Assembly: GCA_012295275.1 (NCBI GenBank)
Contig: CM022679.1
Location: 10,106,001-10,170,000, forward strand
DNA: 64,000 nucleotides
Reading direction: 5' to 3'
DNA from: Chrysomallon squamiferum
Lineage: Eukaryota; Animalia; Mollusca
Part shown: positions 13,545 to 26,712 of the stretch, piece by piece
Layout of the letters: each line of letters starts with the position of its first letter
Position numbering within the stretch: the stretch's first letter is position 1
Notes under the pieces: generated by a model
Database searches by the model: none
What the model was told of the DNA's origin: nothing
Seen by the model: the letters and a program-made list of their open reading frames with translations, nothing else
Made by a program: the position numbers and the translations under genes

Positions 13545-13586
13545 CTTTGCCTTACGAACAAAACATCCACACCCGAATATCTCCAT
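13545..13586 (-). CDS. Candidate alternative first coding exon joining exon H
   Basis: ATG GAG...GCA AAG|gtaggt; MEIFGCGCFVRKAK, phase 0 as exon H requires. Confidence 0.45.
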
Positions 13587-14059
13587 TTTGAATATGATCC
13601 ATCCACAGAACAGAAGAAACAAAAAAAAATAAAAAATAACAAATCCCTAAAATTCCACAGTGACACAAAGAAAAAGCCCTTATCACAGTGTCCTTGCAAA
13701 TGGTAATCTCTTCACTTCTGAAAGGGTAGAAATTAATAAATGGACAGGAGAAAAAGAAATAGAAAAAAAAAAAACTTGGCAGAGAGCTGTTTATTGTATT
13801 CTGTGATCCCAGCACAGCACAAGCAGATGTGTTGATTTGGTGTTTGGAAATTCCACTGGACAGGGTTCACCTTCGTCTCTGTGTGTTGACAAAAGCCTGC
13901 CTCTCAAACATTTGTATAACAGTGAATGATCAAAGCAGGGAGACTCAACATTACTTGGCCCAGGCATGCTGCATTCTTGACATGTGTAATACTGTTAGCT
14001 GATGGCCTTCGTATCAGTGGAGAGCAAAAAAGAGAGAGAGAGAAAGAGAGACACAGAGA

Positions 14060-15540
14060 GAGAGACAGAGAGATGACCCACTGTCCCATGTAATACTGGC
14101 TGTTTGATACACCAGTATTGGCTTTTTGACATATAATTCTGTTACATATTTGTATTACAATGCAGAGAAACTTAACCTTATCTGACACAGGTATCTTACT
14201 TTCTTGATATATATATCATGAAAGTAAGATACCTGGGTCAGATAAAGTTGAGCATCTCTGTTTTGGTATATATGTATATATATAAAACATGTATCTATGT
14301 ATGAAAGCCTCTATGCCTTTAGACTGAGGACAGAGTACCCATCATCCCATGTACAACTTGCTGTTTTAACAGCCATTATTAACTTCTCTTTTAGACATAC
14401 CTAAAATAGCTTATATAAAACTACAGTGAAAAAAAAAAAAAAAAAACCCACCAAAACATTATCTGACCCCCAGTATCCCTCATTCTGGAGATAAAACACT
14501 GAAGACATTTTACAATTATGAACAAAGAGAATCGATGACCCATTGTTCCATTTGCTTCTTGAAGTTTTATTAACCTCTCCAAACTTTAAAAAACCCCACA
14601 ACTGACACATATAACTCAATTAGCATACATTATTACACTGCAGAAAAATCCAACCTTATCTGACCAAAGAATCTAGCATTCTTGATATATAAAAAAATAA
14701 AGTTTTTTTTTTTTTTTTTTTAATTTAGGGTAGAGAACAGAAGACCCCACCATCTGATAAGTAACTTGCTATTTTTATGAACCAATCCCAAACTCCTTCT
14801 TTTTTTTTTTTTTTTTTAAATACATGCAGTATTATTAGTCGATATAAAACTGCAGGAAAACTCAATCTCACCTGATGCAGGTATCATCATGCACTTTTGA
14901 AATATGAAATAAGGAAACGCTTTTATAACTTTGGGAAGAAGATAGAAGATCTCCATCAGATATGCTTCTTGTGGTTTTTATGAGCCAGTTGTAAATACTT
15001 CTTTTTTTCTTCTGTCTTATATAATACTGTTAACTTATGCAAAAATGCATTCTTAATATATGATGATATACTAAAGGTCTTTTTGACACTGTGCAGAGGA
15101 AAGATCTTCTACCATTTCATATGCTAGTTCTAGTCTTATTTGCCAGCATCAGTTGTTGTTTTTTTTGACATATTAAAACTGTTATTTTATATTAGAGGCA
15201 GAGGCAGAGACAGAAACTCAACATTACCTGACATGGGTACCTTGCATTCTCCACACATTCAATAACATTAGCAGAAAGCTTTAATAACTGTGGACAGAAA
15301 AAAACCCAGCTTGCTCACTATCAAATGTACTACGTGCATTTTTTACAAACGAATAAATTACAACAACATTTCTAGTTTATATTAAAAACACAGGGAAAAC
15401 ACAGCATTAATTAGCATGTCAAATGCTGGCTTATAGTTTAGCTCAAGGCCTGCATGACTGTGGGTGGGAGAGAGAGAGAACAGATGATGACCCACTGAAT
15501 CATACACTACTTGTAGTTTTATGAGCCAGTGTTTGTTTTG
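14060..15540. repeat. Old diverged ~200-bp tandem repeat, ~7 copies
   Basis: gcag.aaaac..aac.ttatctgac...g.atc..gcattcttgatat recurs near 14162, 14455, 14641, 14852 and 15211. Confidence 0.7.
14163..14260. repeat. Near-perfect palindrome centred on a short TA run
   Basis: cagagaaacttaaccttatctgacacaggtatcttactttcttgatata / tatatcatgaaagtaagatacctgggtcagataaagttgagcatctctg. Confidence 0.9.
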
Positions 15541-16070
15541 GGCTTTATCGGATGATACATAAGCTCTTCACTGTGTGTATGAATCATACAGAGAAGTGGA
15601 TCTGAGTGTGTTCAAACTGAAAGAGAACCCTATAAATCAATTGGTGTCCAGTTTACCTGTCTCACCTGAACTGACCTCGTCAGGTCACCAGGTCGAGACA
15701 TGTTTTAATACTGTGTGGGGATACAAAAAAAAAAGTATACACATAAAATATATTTTGGACATGTTTTTATCCTCCACATGTTTAGAATATACAAAACATG
15801 TATACTTTTAAGTTAATACAAGTTTCATATTTAAATATATCTATTTCAGATAATAAGATATTCAGAAATTACAATATATATGCTTTGAAAATTCTTCGAG
15901 ATTTATAGCCATACAATGATACGTGTAAATATATATGTACATCATGTGTGTGTGGTGTGTGTGTTTAAATCTGATAATTAATGTGTGTGTGTCTGTCTGT
16001 CTGTCAGTCTATTCTCTTTATGTGTTTATGTAAATATATATGTATTTATGTATATCTGTTCGTGTGTTCA

Positions 16071-16204
16071 GTTTAACAGCTATCTGTTTTATTTCCTATG
16101 AGTCAGATGGCTTTAAGAAGCTGTCACAATAAAAGTACTGTCATTTGAAGCCTGCTGTTTTACTCTGATCTTTATTTTGAACAATAAAAACTGGTATTTC
16201 ACAT
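16071..16204 (-). repeat. Right arm of long-range inverted repeat
   Basis: gtttaacagctatctgttttatttcctatgagtcagatggctttaagaagctgtcacaataaa... is the reverse complement of the 12983-13131 arm. Confidence 0.9.
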
Positions 16205-17035
16205 ATAATATACTTCACTGTATGATCCGATAACTGAGTGAAGGAATGGATGAATGGATGAACGGATGAACAATTTTTTATTATTCGTATTTTCTAATGT
16301 TTGTTTCGAACTCTGTGATATAACTACGAGTTATAAATCATTTTTGTGGTTATGTAAATTTTATATTTATCTTCTCACAACTCTAAGATTTTTAACAACC
16401 TTTAATAACCACTGTATCGCTGTTTCTTTATGTTATTTCATTTTGTGTTGTTTTTATTTTGTGTTTTTTTTCTAAAGGAAAATATTGGTCTAAAGTCACT
16501 GTATGAGTCTGAATTAAAAGCAAGGTATCTCCAACCATTATGTTTAACAGGAAGAAAAAGTCCTAACAGACAGGATTTTCTCATGCCCCTTTTTTTCTCT
16601 CACACTGTGTAATAATTAAATGAATTTGACCTTTATGCGTGAACTTTACTGTTACATAAATCCTTTTTCCCTCAAGTCCGCATTACTTGAAAATTATTTT
16701 CCATTCTGTACCTGACAGACTTAAGTAAAAAGCCGGAATGCAGTGCCTGTGCATGTTTTTCAGTGTTAAAAAGTTCTTTGTGATTTTCATAATGCGTAAA
16801 TACTTCATGAATAATTTTAAATAGACACTTCTCTACACCTTTTGTTGGCTGTCTGCATGTAATAATCAATTTGTTCCTTAGAAAGGTGGCTGCTGTTGTG
16901 TTTGGATACAAGTCAAATTGTCACCGTTTGTACTGGACCAGTGAGGTAGAAAAGACTCAATATTATTTCTATTATGACCATTAATCAGTTACAGGTAATA
17001 TTATCATACAGCAAAATGTGCAGTAATAAAAAATG

Positions 17036-17066
<31 letters not shown>

Positions 17067-18401
17067 CATAAAAAAAATACCACACCACCCTGTTAATTGT
17101 GAAGGGTATATCATGTATTGTTATTTTCATAAAATGCATTAACTTTAATTTATATACATACATATATATATATATATATATAAAAGAAAGAATCAAACAG
17201 AAACAAACATACATGTATCCCTTAGATACAGATGGACGTGGGCTTGAATTCTATTTAAAGTATTGAAACCTCAACACTTTTATGAAGAAAAAGCCTGAAG
17301 GCCATATTGCTTGTCTTGGACAGTTTTTTTAATTTTTAATTTTTTTTTTTTTCATTTTTTCATTTTTTTTTTTTTAAATTCTACTACAGACTTACTTATT
17401 TTTCATACATCAATCTTTATTAAAAAAAATAAATAAAATGTATATTAGATTCCCTGACCGTCCCAACACTAAAACCAGCTGACAAATTTTCAAACAGATC
17501 TCTTTAAACATCAGTTAAACCAGTCCCATCCATCAGTATTCTGTGCTGCGCGCAAAGCCCATACATACACAACTGAACGTCTAATGAGAGGAGAAAGAAC
17601 ATCTGTTAGCTGAGGTCAGGGGTGAGAACTGTACACACCAAGGGAGAAACCAGACTAGCAAACAGGTGTTGTGTTTACCTTTCGTTTACCTGGCAATTGT
17701 ATTTAAATGTGTAGCAATTACAACTGTTGGGTGGAGAGTTCAAACGGCTTTGGGGTATATTCCGACTGGAGCTGATGTATTTGTTACATGTACTGTTGAA
17801 ATTAACACGATTCTGATACATTATATCAAATACACGTGGCTTACAATGGCTCATCTGTGCGGGTTTAATGATTCAGTTAAAACGTTTTTAAAACTATTAG
17901 AGGTTTCAGTGACAGGCATGTTATTTTAACCTTTGAAAGCACTGATGAGAAAATATAAAAATCATGTGTTTTAATTTTGTCAAAAGCATGCCTTTGTGAA
18001 CCGTGCCTGAAGGTAAATAAGATGCACAGTAGTCAGATGACAAAGTGGTTAGTTATAGCAGCACTGATTTGAAATCATGTATCATATCCATTCACATGCA
18101 CGAACACACAGAATACCTTTTTTTTTAGATTTAACATACATATCCAACAGCTTACGTCATTGCCTTCAATTTCTACATATGTAATGTGAATGTATTTTAC
18201 CAACACATATATAGAGTTTCTTAAATATGTTTTAATGTATATATACATGTAAATTGAAGTCTACATATATAACAAGAATATATTTCACACACACACACAC
18301 ACACACACTTTCTTAGATATGCTCTGGTTTAACATATATGCATATCAGTTGTGTCTACATATAAAACATGAATACATTTCACACACACACACACACACAC
18401 A

Positions 18402-18468
<67 letters not shown>

Positions 18469-18799
18469 ACACTCTCTCACACACACACACACTCCAAAAC
18501 CCCTCATCTATCACAGTGCAGGAACATAATGTTCAAAGTTCAGATAAACCAAACATTCAAAAAAAAAAAAAAGCAGTTTCTAGTGTACACACATCTGTAT
18601 AATACCTAGCTAGATAAACATATACATACATGCAAGAAATGTTGTAATAAATACCTGTACCTCTAATTATTATAACACCTTGATCATTACCTATTTTTAG
18701 CGTACATCACCTTTCCAGACTATTTAAAAGATAATTAGTGGCTCACTTCTGAATATGTTTAAAAGTGGCAAAATGTAAATGAAATGTATAATGAATGTT

Positions 18800-19085
18800 T
18801 AAAAACGCTGCAGTACAAAAAAAATGTATATATTAGCTGTTGGATTGCCCTAGCACAAAAAATGTATTGGCTATTGGGGTTGCCTCAGCATCAGAACTAT
18901 AATGACTGTTCAGTTTCCCTAGAACCAAATAATATATATATATATATTGGCTAGAATGTGCCCCAGAATAAAAAGGATACTGGCTATTGAATTTCCCCAA
19001 AACAAAATATATATTGATTAGCTACTGGTTTGCCCTAGCATAAAAAAAAAAAAAATACGTGCTATTGGGTTGCCCCAACAAAAAT
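18800..19085. repeat. Diverged ~35-40-bp tandem repeat
   Basis: Recurrent tattggctattgggttgccccagcacaaaa. Confidence 0.75.
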
Positions 19086-19497
19086 AAAATAAATAAAAAA
19101 AAAGATGCATTGCCATTTTGTACAAATATATTATAAGAAAAAAAGAAATTTCAAATAAAATGTTCAGATTATGATTTATAATTAATGAAATAATAGACTG
19201 AAAAATGAATGAAAATGTGTTTTCCTTTTTATAAAAAAGAAAAAAAAAAAGAAATTCAGTAACAAGAAGTCCCTGGCTGTCTATGCCTACCCATCCATCA
19301 TCATCTTTTTCTCTCTTTCTCTCTCTTTCACACAATTACACATACACAAACATAAACACAAAATCCATCACACAGACGTACCGTAACAAAAAAATAATAA
19401 ACATTAAAAACACACTTTATCAAAAAAAAAACACACAAAGACTTGACGACACAAAATACTAACTCGGTTATTAACGATGAAAGAAAAGAAATCTTAC

Positions 19498-19592
19498 TGT
19501 AATGATATCCCCCTCTTTAAAAGAAAGACTCTGCGGGTCGTACAAGCTAAAGTAATCCTTGACAGCCCTGGCTTGACATGCAGAACTTGCTT
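19498..19592 (-). CDS. CASKIN: Caskin exon G (N-terminal half of SH3, phase 1 to 0)
   Basis: atttcag|AA GCA...ACA|gtaaga; 95 nt; (E)ASSACQARAVKDYFSLYDPQSLSFKEGDIIT (cf. Caskin EASAALQVRATKDY...GDIIT). Confidence 0.95.
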
Positions 19593-20537
19593 CTGAAATA
19601 AATGAAAAAAGAAATAATTAGAATTATACACCAATTTTATGCAGGAATTTATCACTGAAAAACAGAAAATTTACTTCTGGTTTTTTTGACGGTATTATAA
19701 AAACTTACCTCTGAAAAAAAAGAAAAGGTAAGTTTTTCAATGGTTTTTATAAGAGAAAGTAGAAAAATGAAATTTTGAGTGCAATTTTACATACAGATAA
19801 AACAGTGCTAAACTTCATTTCTGACATGTTTATGAAGATATTTTTTTCATAAATGCAGGTATTTAAGCATTGTAAAATGAAAGCTTTAGTGTACAGTATT
19901 TCATCTATCTGCTTCATAAATCTGGCCTCAATATTTATTGTCATTTTTGTCAATTTTGCTTCTTGATGAATATTAATAGTGTTTGTTATGCAATAGAATA
20001 TTTCCAAATGACACTAAATCAATGGAGGAGGAAAAAAATGGGGGTAGGAATTTAAAAATATGTTTTTTCAAAAACAGCTGTGTCAATAAAAACAGAAATT
20101 CAAGACGTCCTAATAAATAAATAAAACTTTATTTTAAAAAGTAGTTTAATAAAGATTGAAATTCAAGATCTTCTGAACAAACAAGAAAAGAGAAAAATAA
20201 ATTTCATTAAAAGCAATTCTAAGAAAGATAAATTTAAGACCTCTTGAAGAATAAAAAAAGAGATATAAATAAAAACCTCTTAATGTACTAAATTTTTTTT
20301 TTATTTTTTTTTTTTTTTTTTATAAACAGTGTATTTCAGCAGAAACGGAAGACTAACTGAACAAGACCATAAATGATTTTATGCCAATACTGAATGTGAT
20401 GAGCATGTGAACTAACAAAACAGGCAAGAAATCACTTTATAATCTTTATAACATTAAAGATGGTTAATTTTCTCAACCTCTTCAAACAAAAAATTTTAAG
20501 AAAAAAGAAACCAGAAGAAAAAAAAAAAAAAAACTGA

Positions 20538-20568
<31 letters not shown>

Positions 20569-20828
20569 TAAAAAAAAAAGTCTTAAAGTTAAACAGAAAT
20601 AAAGTTTAGATGTTAATAAATAAAAGTATTTTAAATTCCTCTTGCTAAAAACATTTACATTCGGCTGCCAAATTCTCCACATCATTAATTCTGCAGCTGC
20701 ACACACCTCTTTACCTTCGTCTCAACCTCCATTCTCTATCTTGTACATGGACAATTTGTAAACGACAGACAGGAATACATAAACTAAATGAGATAACTGT
20801 GGAACTGCTATTTTGTTTTTTTTGCTTT

Positions 20829-20859
<31 letters not shown>

Positions 20860-21274
20860 CAGTGAAACTTTAGTTCAAGAAAAAAAAAAAAAAAATGAAG
20901 GCAAAGAAGAAAAAGAAGTATACTGGCAAAAAAAATTATCGTAGAAAAAAAGAACAATTTCTATTTTCAACATCCTGTTTGCTATTTTTACTGCAAGTTG
21001 TATAACACACATTCTTTGACTGTTTGTCTTTCTATATATGGCCTTGATTTAAAACCATGGAAACCAATCTGATCAGAAAGAAGTATAGTTCTGAGTGTCC
21101 AAGAAAAGTTTAGAAATTTTTTTTAGTATTTGGAATCAAATAAGTGTTTTGTGTGCATCTTTTTTGTATCTATGAGTATGTGTGTATAAGCATGAACTGT
21201 ATGTATGAACCTATGTATGTATCTTGGCATGTTTGTATCTGTGAAAAACCTATCTGATGTTACTGTTCAATAAA

Positions 21275-21445
21275 ATCAAGGGATTTTTGTATATGCACAA
21301 ATAAGAAAGTACATAACACAGTCTTTGATAAAACAGCTAAGAGATACCATTTGGATTTGGAATCAGCCCAACAGAAGAACTGTAGAGGATTGATCCTATA
21401 ACCTATCTGATCTCACAGCAGCCCTTTAACTACTGAACTACCAAA
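21275..21445 (-). mobile_element. Degraded fragment of the same SINE family
   Basis: aagggatttttgtatatgcac...gtacataacacagtctttgata...ggattgatcct...tactgaacta parallels the 29655-29823 segment. Confidence 0.5.
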
Positions 21446-23622
21446 CACTCCTCTATGAAGTAATCACAAACCGTTTCAAAGACTAAATGTCCTGAGTTAA
21501 TACATAGATATCCTGTAAATAACAAATCTAAGCAATATATTGCAGGTAATGACTTTATTTAGTTATATATTTATTTATTTACTTAATTTATTTATTTATT
21601 TATTTATTTATCACTTGCCCATACAAAACACTAATTTCATATTCTTCTAGTAAACCCAAAATAATAACAGTTATTTTGTTTACAAAAACCAACATCAAAA
21701 AAAAAAAAAATAAAAAAACTCATCAATCATCTCCAATTTGTCAAAAAAAACGATCATGTTTTTACAGACAGAGAATCTCAGATTTGTGTTTGTCTCCTGT
21801 GATCAGCAGTCTGTTTCATCACAATCACACAATCAATAAGAAAAGTTACAAAAACATGTAAAGAAATCATGGTTTTAAAAACCCATCAGAAAACGAATCA
21901 GGAACCCTATACAATCACTCAGAGAGCCAGGCTTATTATTATTATTATTATTAAACAAGTGACGTTGTGAGAGTGCGTTCGTGTGAAAAACCATTTAGCA
22001 AAAACGTGCAATACTTAGAACTTACAAGTTCTAGATGTGGTTACAGTCTCAGGCAGGTATGCAGTGTCAGGTATTTTCTGCTGCGTGGTTACTATGATAG
22101 TTATGGGATCATCATGCAGAAATGCATTACGCTGTATTGTTATTATGACAGCAATGATTGATGAAGCTAATTTATATTTCTGTGGAATTTCCAAAGCTAT
22201 GTTTAGGTTTCTCATTGTGGAACCAGATCCACATATTTTGACCTTTGGTAGAAGTTAACAAAATTTGTATTGAGCTATGTCAAATGTTTTCAAGTATCAG
22301 TCATGATTTTGATCAGCTTGTAGTCGTAGTGACAATACATTTGAGTTATACTAAGAGAATATTTTGGTTTCATATTTTCATTGGTACAGTACAGTGCCTT
22401 TATATTGTACATTTCTACCATGGATGAAATTTCTACTGGTAAATTACTATACCCAGCTTGGTTGCAAAGAAGTTAAACATTCATTTCATGTATATTGGTT
22501 CTGTTTGTCTACATCTTTTTCTTCCCTCTGTATATTAAGTACATGAGTTATTAATTAAAGAAACTTGCACTGCCATTAACTACTGTATAGATAATATTTA
22601 TTACCTTTATCTATTCCCATTATATAATTATCACATATATTTCTAATTACTTAATTATTCAGTTACTTAACAGGGAAACACACATAGCTACCATTCTATG
22701 ATGGATCTTGTTAATGACTGACAAATTAGAAAGAATCATAAATAGCTATTGCTCGTGATAAAAGAAGACAGAAGACTATATACCATAGGTTTTGATAATA
22801 AATATTAAAATGTGTAAAATGAAACTGAAAATTCTTGAGATGGGAAAAATTATGGGAAAATTTCAACAAATGATATCAATGGTCAAAATGTCAAAACATT
22901 TCAGTGGTCAAAATATCAACATCTTTGAAGGACCAAAATTTAAAGCCAATTGTCAAAACACACGTGGATCAAACAGTGCAAGTAAAAATGCTGAAATACT
23001 GAAACATCTGTAAATCTACTACAGACAACAGAATGTCTTTTGTTGTCATTCAAGTGCAACCACTGAGCTAAAACACCTTCACTTTCATCCATCACATCAC
23101 ATTATTTGCTAACACAGCATAAACGTCTCAATGAAGAAAATAGACAATTTTCATATCTAGTAACTCTACTGAGTCTATAATGACTACAAATACTGACTTC
23201 AGTGAAACTTGACCTATTTTGTATTCCATTTATTTTCTTTTTTTTTTTTTTTTTTTGAACTGTACCATACATATTATTCTTCTTTATTTCTTTTTTTTTT
23301 TTTAACCATAGCTATTTACACATACATTTATTAGGTAGAGTTAGCATGTTTATAAACAGAAACTAGCCTCCCACATGAAAAACAACCAGATAAGAAAAGC
23401 CATAATGTGCTCTCATCTACTGTTTGTACACAGATTAGCAAACCTAACATCAGAAACATTCACAGAAGTGGGCCATACAAACAGACACGCAGAATCAAAC
23501 ATTTCCTTTTTAATTTAGTAAGTATATTATGTATTTGTATATAGATAAAAACTTCTGAGACTTCAGTATACAGGAGATTAATGTGTGTGTGTGTGTGTGT
23601 GAGGAAATTGGTCAGATGTTTT

Positions 23623-23677
<55 letters not shown>

Positions 23678-23880
23678 GTTTCTCTTTTTCTCTAATTCTT
23701 TCCATTTAATTTTTTTCTCACTTTTTCTCTCTAATTCTTTCTGTGTTTCTCTCTGTGTCTTCTTATTCATGTTGTTTTTCTACATATTTCATCATTCTTG
23801 TACCTTTTTTTCTCTATTTGGCCTGTGTATCATTATTTATTCATATATGTCTGCATTTTAACCTGCATGATTATGATTAT

Positions 23881-23946
<66 letters not shown>

Positions 23947-25276
23947 CCCCTCCAAACCAACATGTTTCCCATTCAATACCAACCACAACAGCATCGTCTG
24001 AAGATGTGCCAACAACGCTGATGTCATGACGCTTTTGGCAGGAATGCACTCTGACTATTATAAATGTGTTTGCATTAACAGAATGCAAATCTTTGTACCT
24101 TATATAATAGCATTTCATTTATAGCTTGAGTAGGAGGGCAAGTACATGTTAATGTATCATTAATCAGTTGCACCTCTTCAAACATTTGTTGCTGAAAAAA
24201 AAACATCTGACTGAAGATGGGATCTGATGTTAGTGGAATTCATAAAAAGAACTAGTGTGTATTATTATTAATTTGAAAGGAGCTGAGGCCCATCATTTTT
24301 ATTTTTTATTTTTTTTATATATAATGTTACATATAAGTCAGATAAAGATTACCAAGGTCTGTTTCATCTTTTTTAATTTACTGGTTTTTTTTTATTTTTT
24401 TATAGCAAATTGAAAAAAAATGAATGTTTAATAATAAACTAACAGAAAAATAAGAAACAGAAGCTTGGAAAGAAATCAAAATGTGAATAGGTGAGTGTGT
24501 GTGTCTGTGCATGTGTACATGCTGTGTGTGTCTGTTTGTCTGTATGTGTGTGTATGTAGACTGATTTGTATTATATGTTATCAGATTATTAGTATTCTGC
24601 TACTGTGACTGAAAGTTACATTCATAGTGCCCCATGTCTCATACAAATTAGATGTTCTCTCAATACAGGTCAGATGTTCCTTTAACTGACTCTTGTTATT
24701 TTTACAATTTTCACTGATTAAAAAAAAAAAATGTTGAGGTACATTAGCTTGCTAAAATTAATATGTTAAACAAATTTAAACTTCAATTTTAGATTATTAA
24801 CATATAATTATTGATAATGTTTTTCGTTATTATTATTAGTTTTTTAAACATGCTTGTACATATTTACATACATGGATACATATACACATATATATGTATA
24901 CATACATACATACATACATACATACATACATACATACATAAACACAGATAGATCTTTCTAACCATCTATCCATAAATACAAACCTAGAATCTAACACACA
25001 CACACACTGAATTTGTAAACAAACATCATACATTTCTCCCTAATTGTATCCATTTTAAAAAGTAACTGAACTGCATGCTCTATTTGATAACCTCACACAA
25101 ACACATGTGGAGTGAACTGTGTAAATATTTTCATGCATGTGTTAAAACACTTGCCTGCTTTTTCCCTTGTTGTGCAATGTTTGTACAGATATTAACGGTA
25201 ATGTTTGTAGAAAAAACTGCACTTTATTTATTTATACAGTGACGAAGAGAAAATTGTCTGTGTAATACTTTCTCAT

Positions 25277-25324
<48 letters not shown>

Positions 25325-25361
25325 AACTTGCATGTTTTAGATTTTGTTTTGAAGAGGAGAG

Positions 25362-25450
<89 letters not shown>

Positions 25451-25812
25451 AAGAAAGATGTTTATATACAGAGAATGATTAATAGTTAAAAGATATACTA
25501 AATTTATTTAGCATTAAAAAACACATTAAAAAGGATAGAAGCCATTAACAATGACAACATAATTACCAAAGTCAACCTTATGTGAATGTGTATATATATA
25601 TGTATATATATATATATATATATACTTATTAAGTTTATTTAAATGAAAACCAGTATCATAAATGGGATTTCTTTTTTAATGAAACATCATCTATGTATTT
25701 GAAATTTAACTAAAAAAAAAAAAAAAATAAAAAAAGAAATAATATTTTTAAAACTGTCTAACACGTCACATCAAAAATTAAGTGACTAAAAAAAATGTAC
25801 ATCAGAGCTTAC

Positions 25813-25888
25813 CTGGCACGCCCTGCCCCACACACGCACAACCCACACAGTCCTTCCCCCCAAGACACTGTGGCAGGCAGAACTTCAT
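25813..25888 (-). CDS. Candidate alternative first coding exon (Cys-rich N-terminus) joining exon G
   Basis: In-frame TGA 4 codons upstream; ATG...CCA G|gtaagc; MKFCLPQCLGGKDCVGCACVGQGVP, then G+AA = E gives an in-frame join to exon G; GC-rich island. Confidence 0.6.
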
Positions 25889-26364
25889 ATCAGCACCTCA
25901 CTAATCCAAACTCCAAATCTTCCCCAAAAAAACAAGATTATCTAGATTATCTACATCTCCATCACTGTACCTCCTCCATAATTCCTTAATTTTTTTCTTT
26001 ATTTATTTTGTTTTTCTTTACATTTTTCATTTTTTTTCACTTTTTTTACATTTTGACTTCAGGCAGCCAGCTTGGTAAACAACAAGCTTCTTTTTCTTGT
26101 ACAGGAAGGAAGACCAAATAGCAAGGGCCAGATCAGAAATAGACTAGAAGTAAAAATATACTCTGCAACGACTCTACACAGACCCCCACAGTTTCACATA
26201 ATTGAGCTGGGCTTGTTTGTCAAGACATTGTTTTTCCAGGTATGAGATGATGAATGCTGAAGAAGAAAAAGATGTTGATTTTTTTTTTTTTTTTTTTTTT
26301 ACGCGAGAGCAATAGTTCGTTCACTAAGCAGTAGTGGTTTGCTCATCAGAAACAACACTTTGTC

Positions 26365-26395
<31 letters not shown>

Positions 26396-26665
26396 AACAG
26401 AAAAAAAAACCAAAAAAAACCAGAAGTGCCAGTTGTACTCAGTCTAACAGGATGTGTGTATGGAATATCTTGGAATTTGATCAACATCAACAGAGTGGGT
26501 TTATGATGCAAGGCAGATGGGAAGAGGAATCCTGCAGAAGATGTGGTGTGTTGTGTGTTGTTTGTGTGTGTGTGTGTGTGTGTGTGTGCAGTTGTTGTTT
26601 GTTTGTTTGTGTTTGCTTGTGCATATGGTCATTTTGTACACGTAAAATGGTTTGCTTGTGTCTAT

Positions 26666-26712
<47 letters not shown>

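Noticed and set aside
20715-20732. MEVETK plus donor AAG|gtaaag
   Set aside because: Phase 0, out of frame with the next exon G; the phase-1 frame has a stop. It shows that such units can arise by chance.
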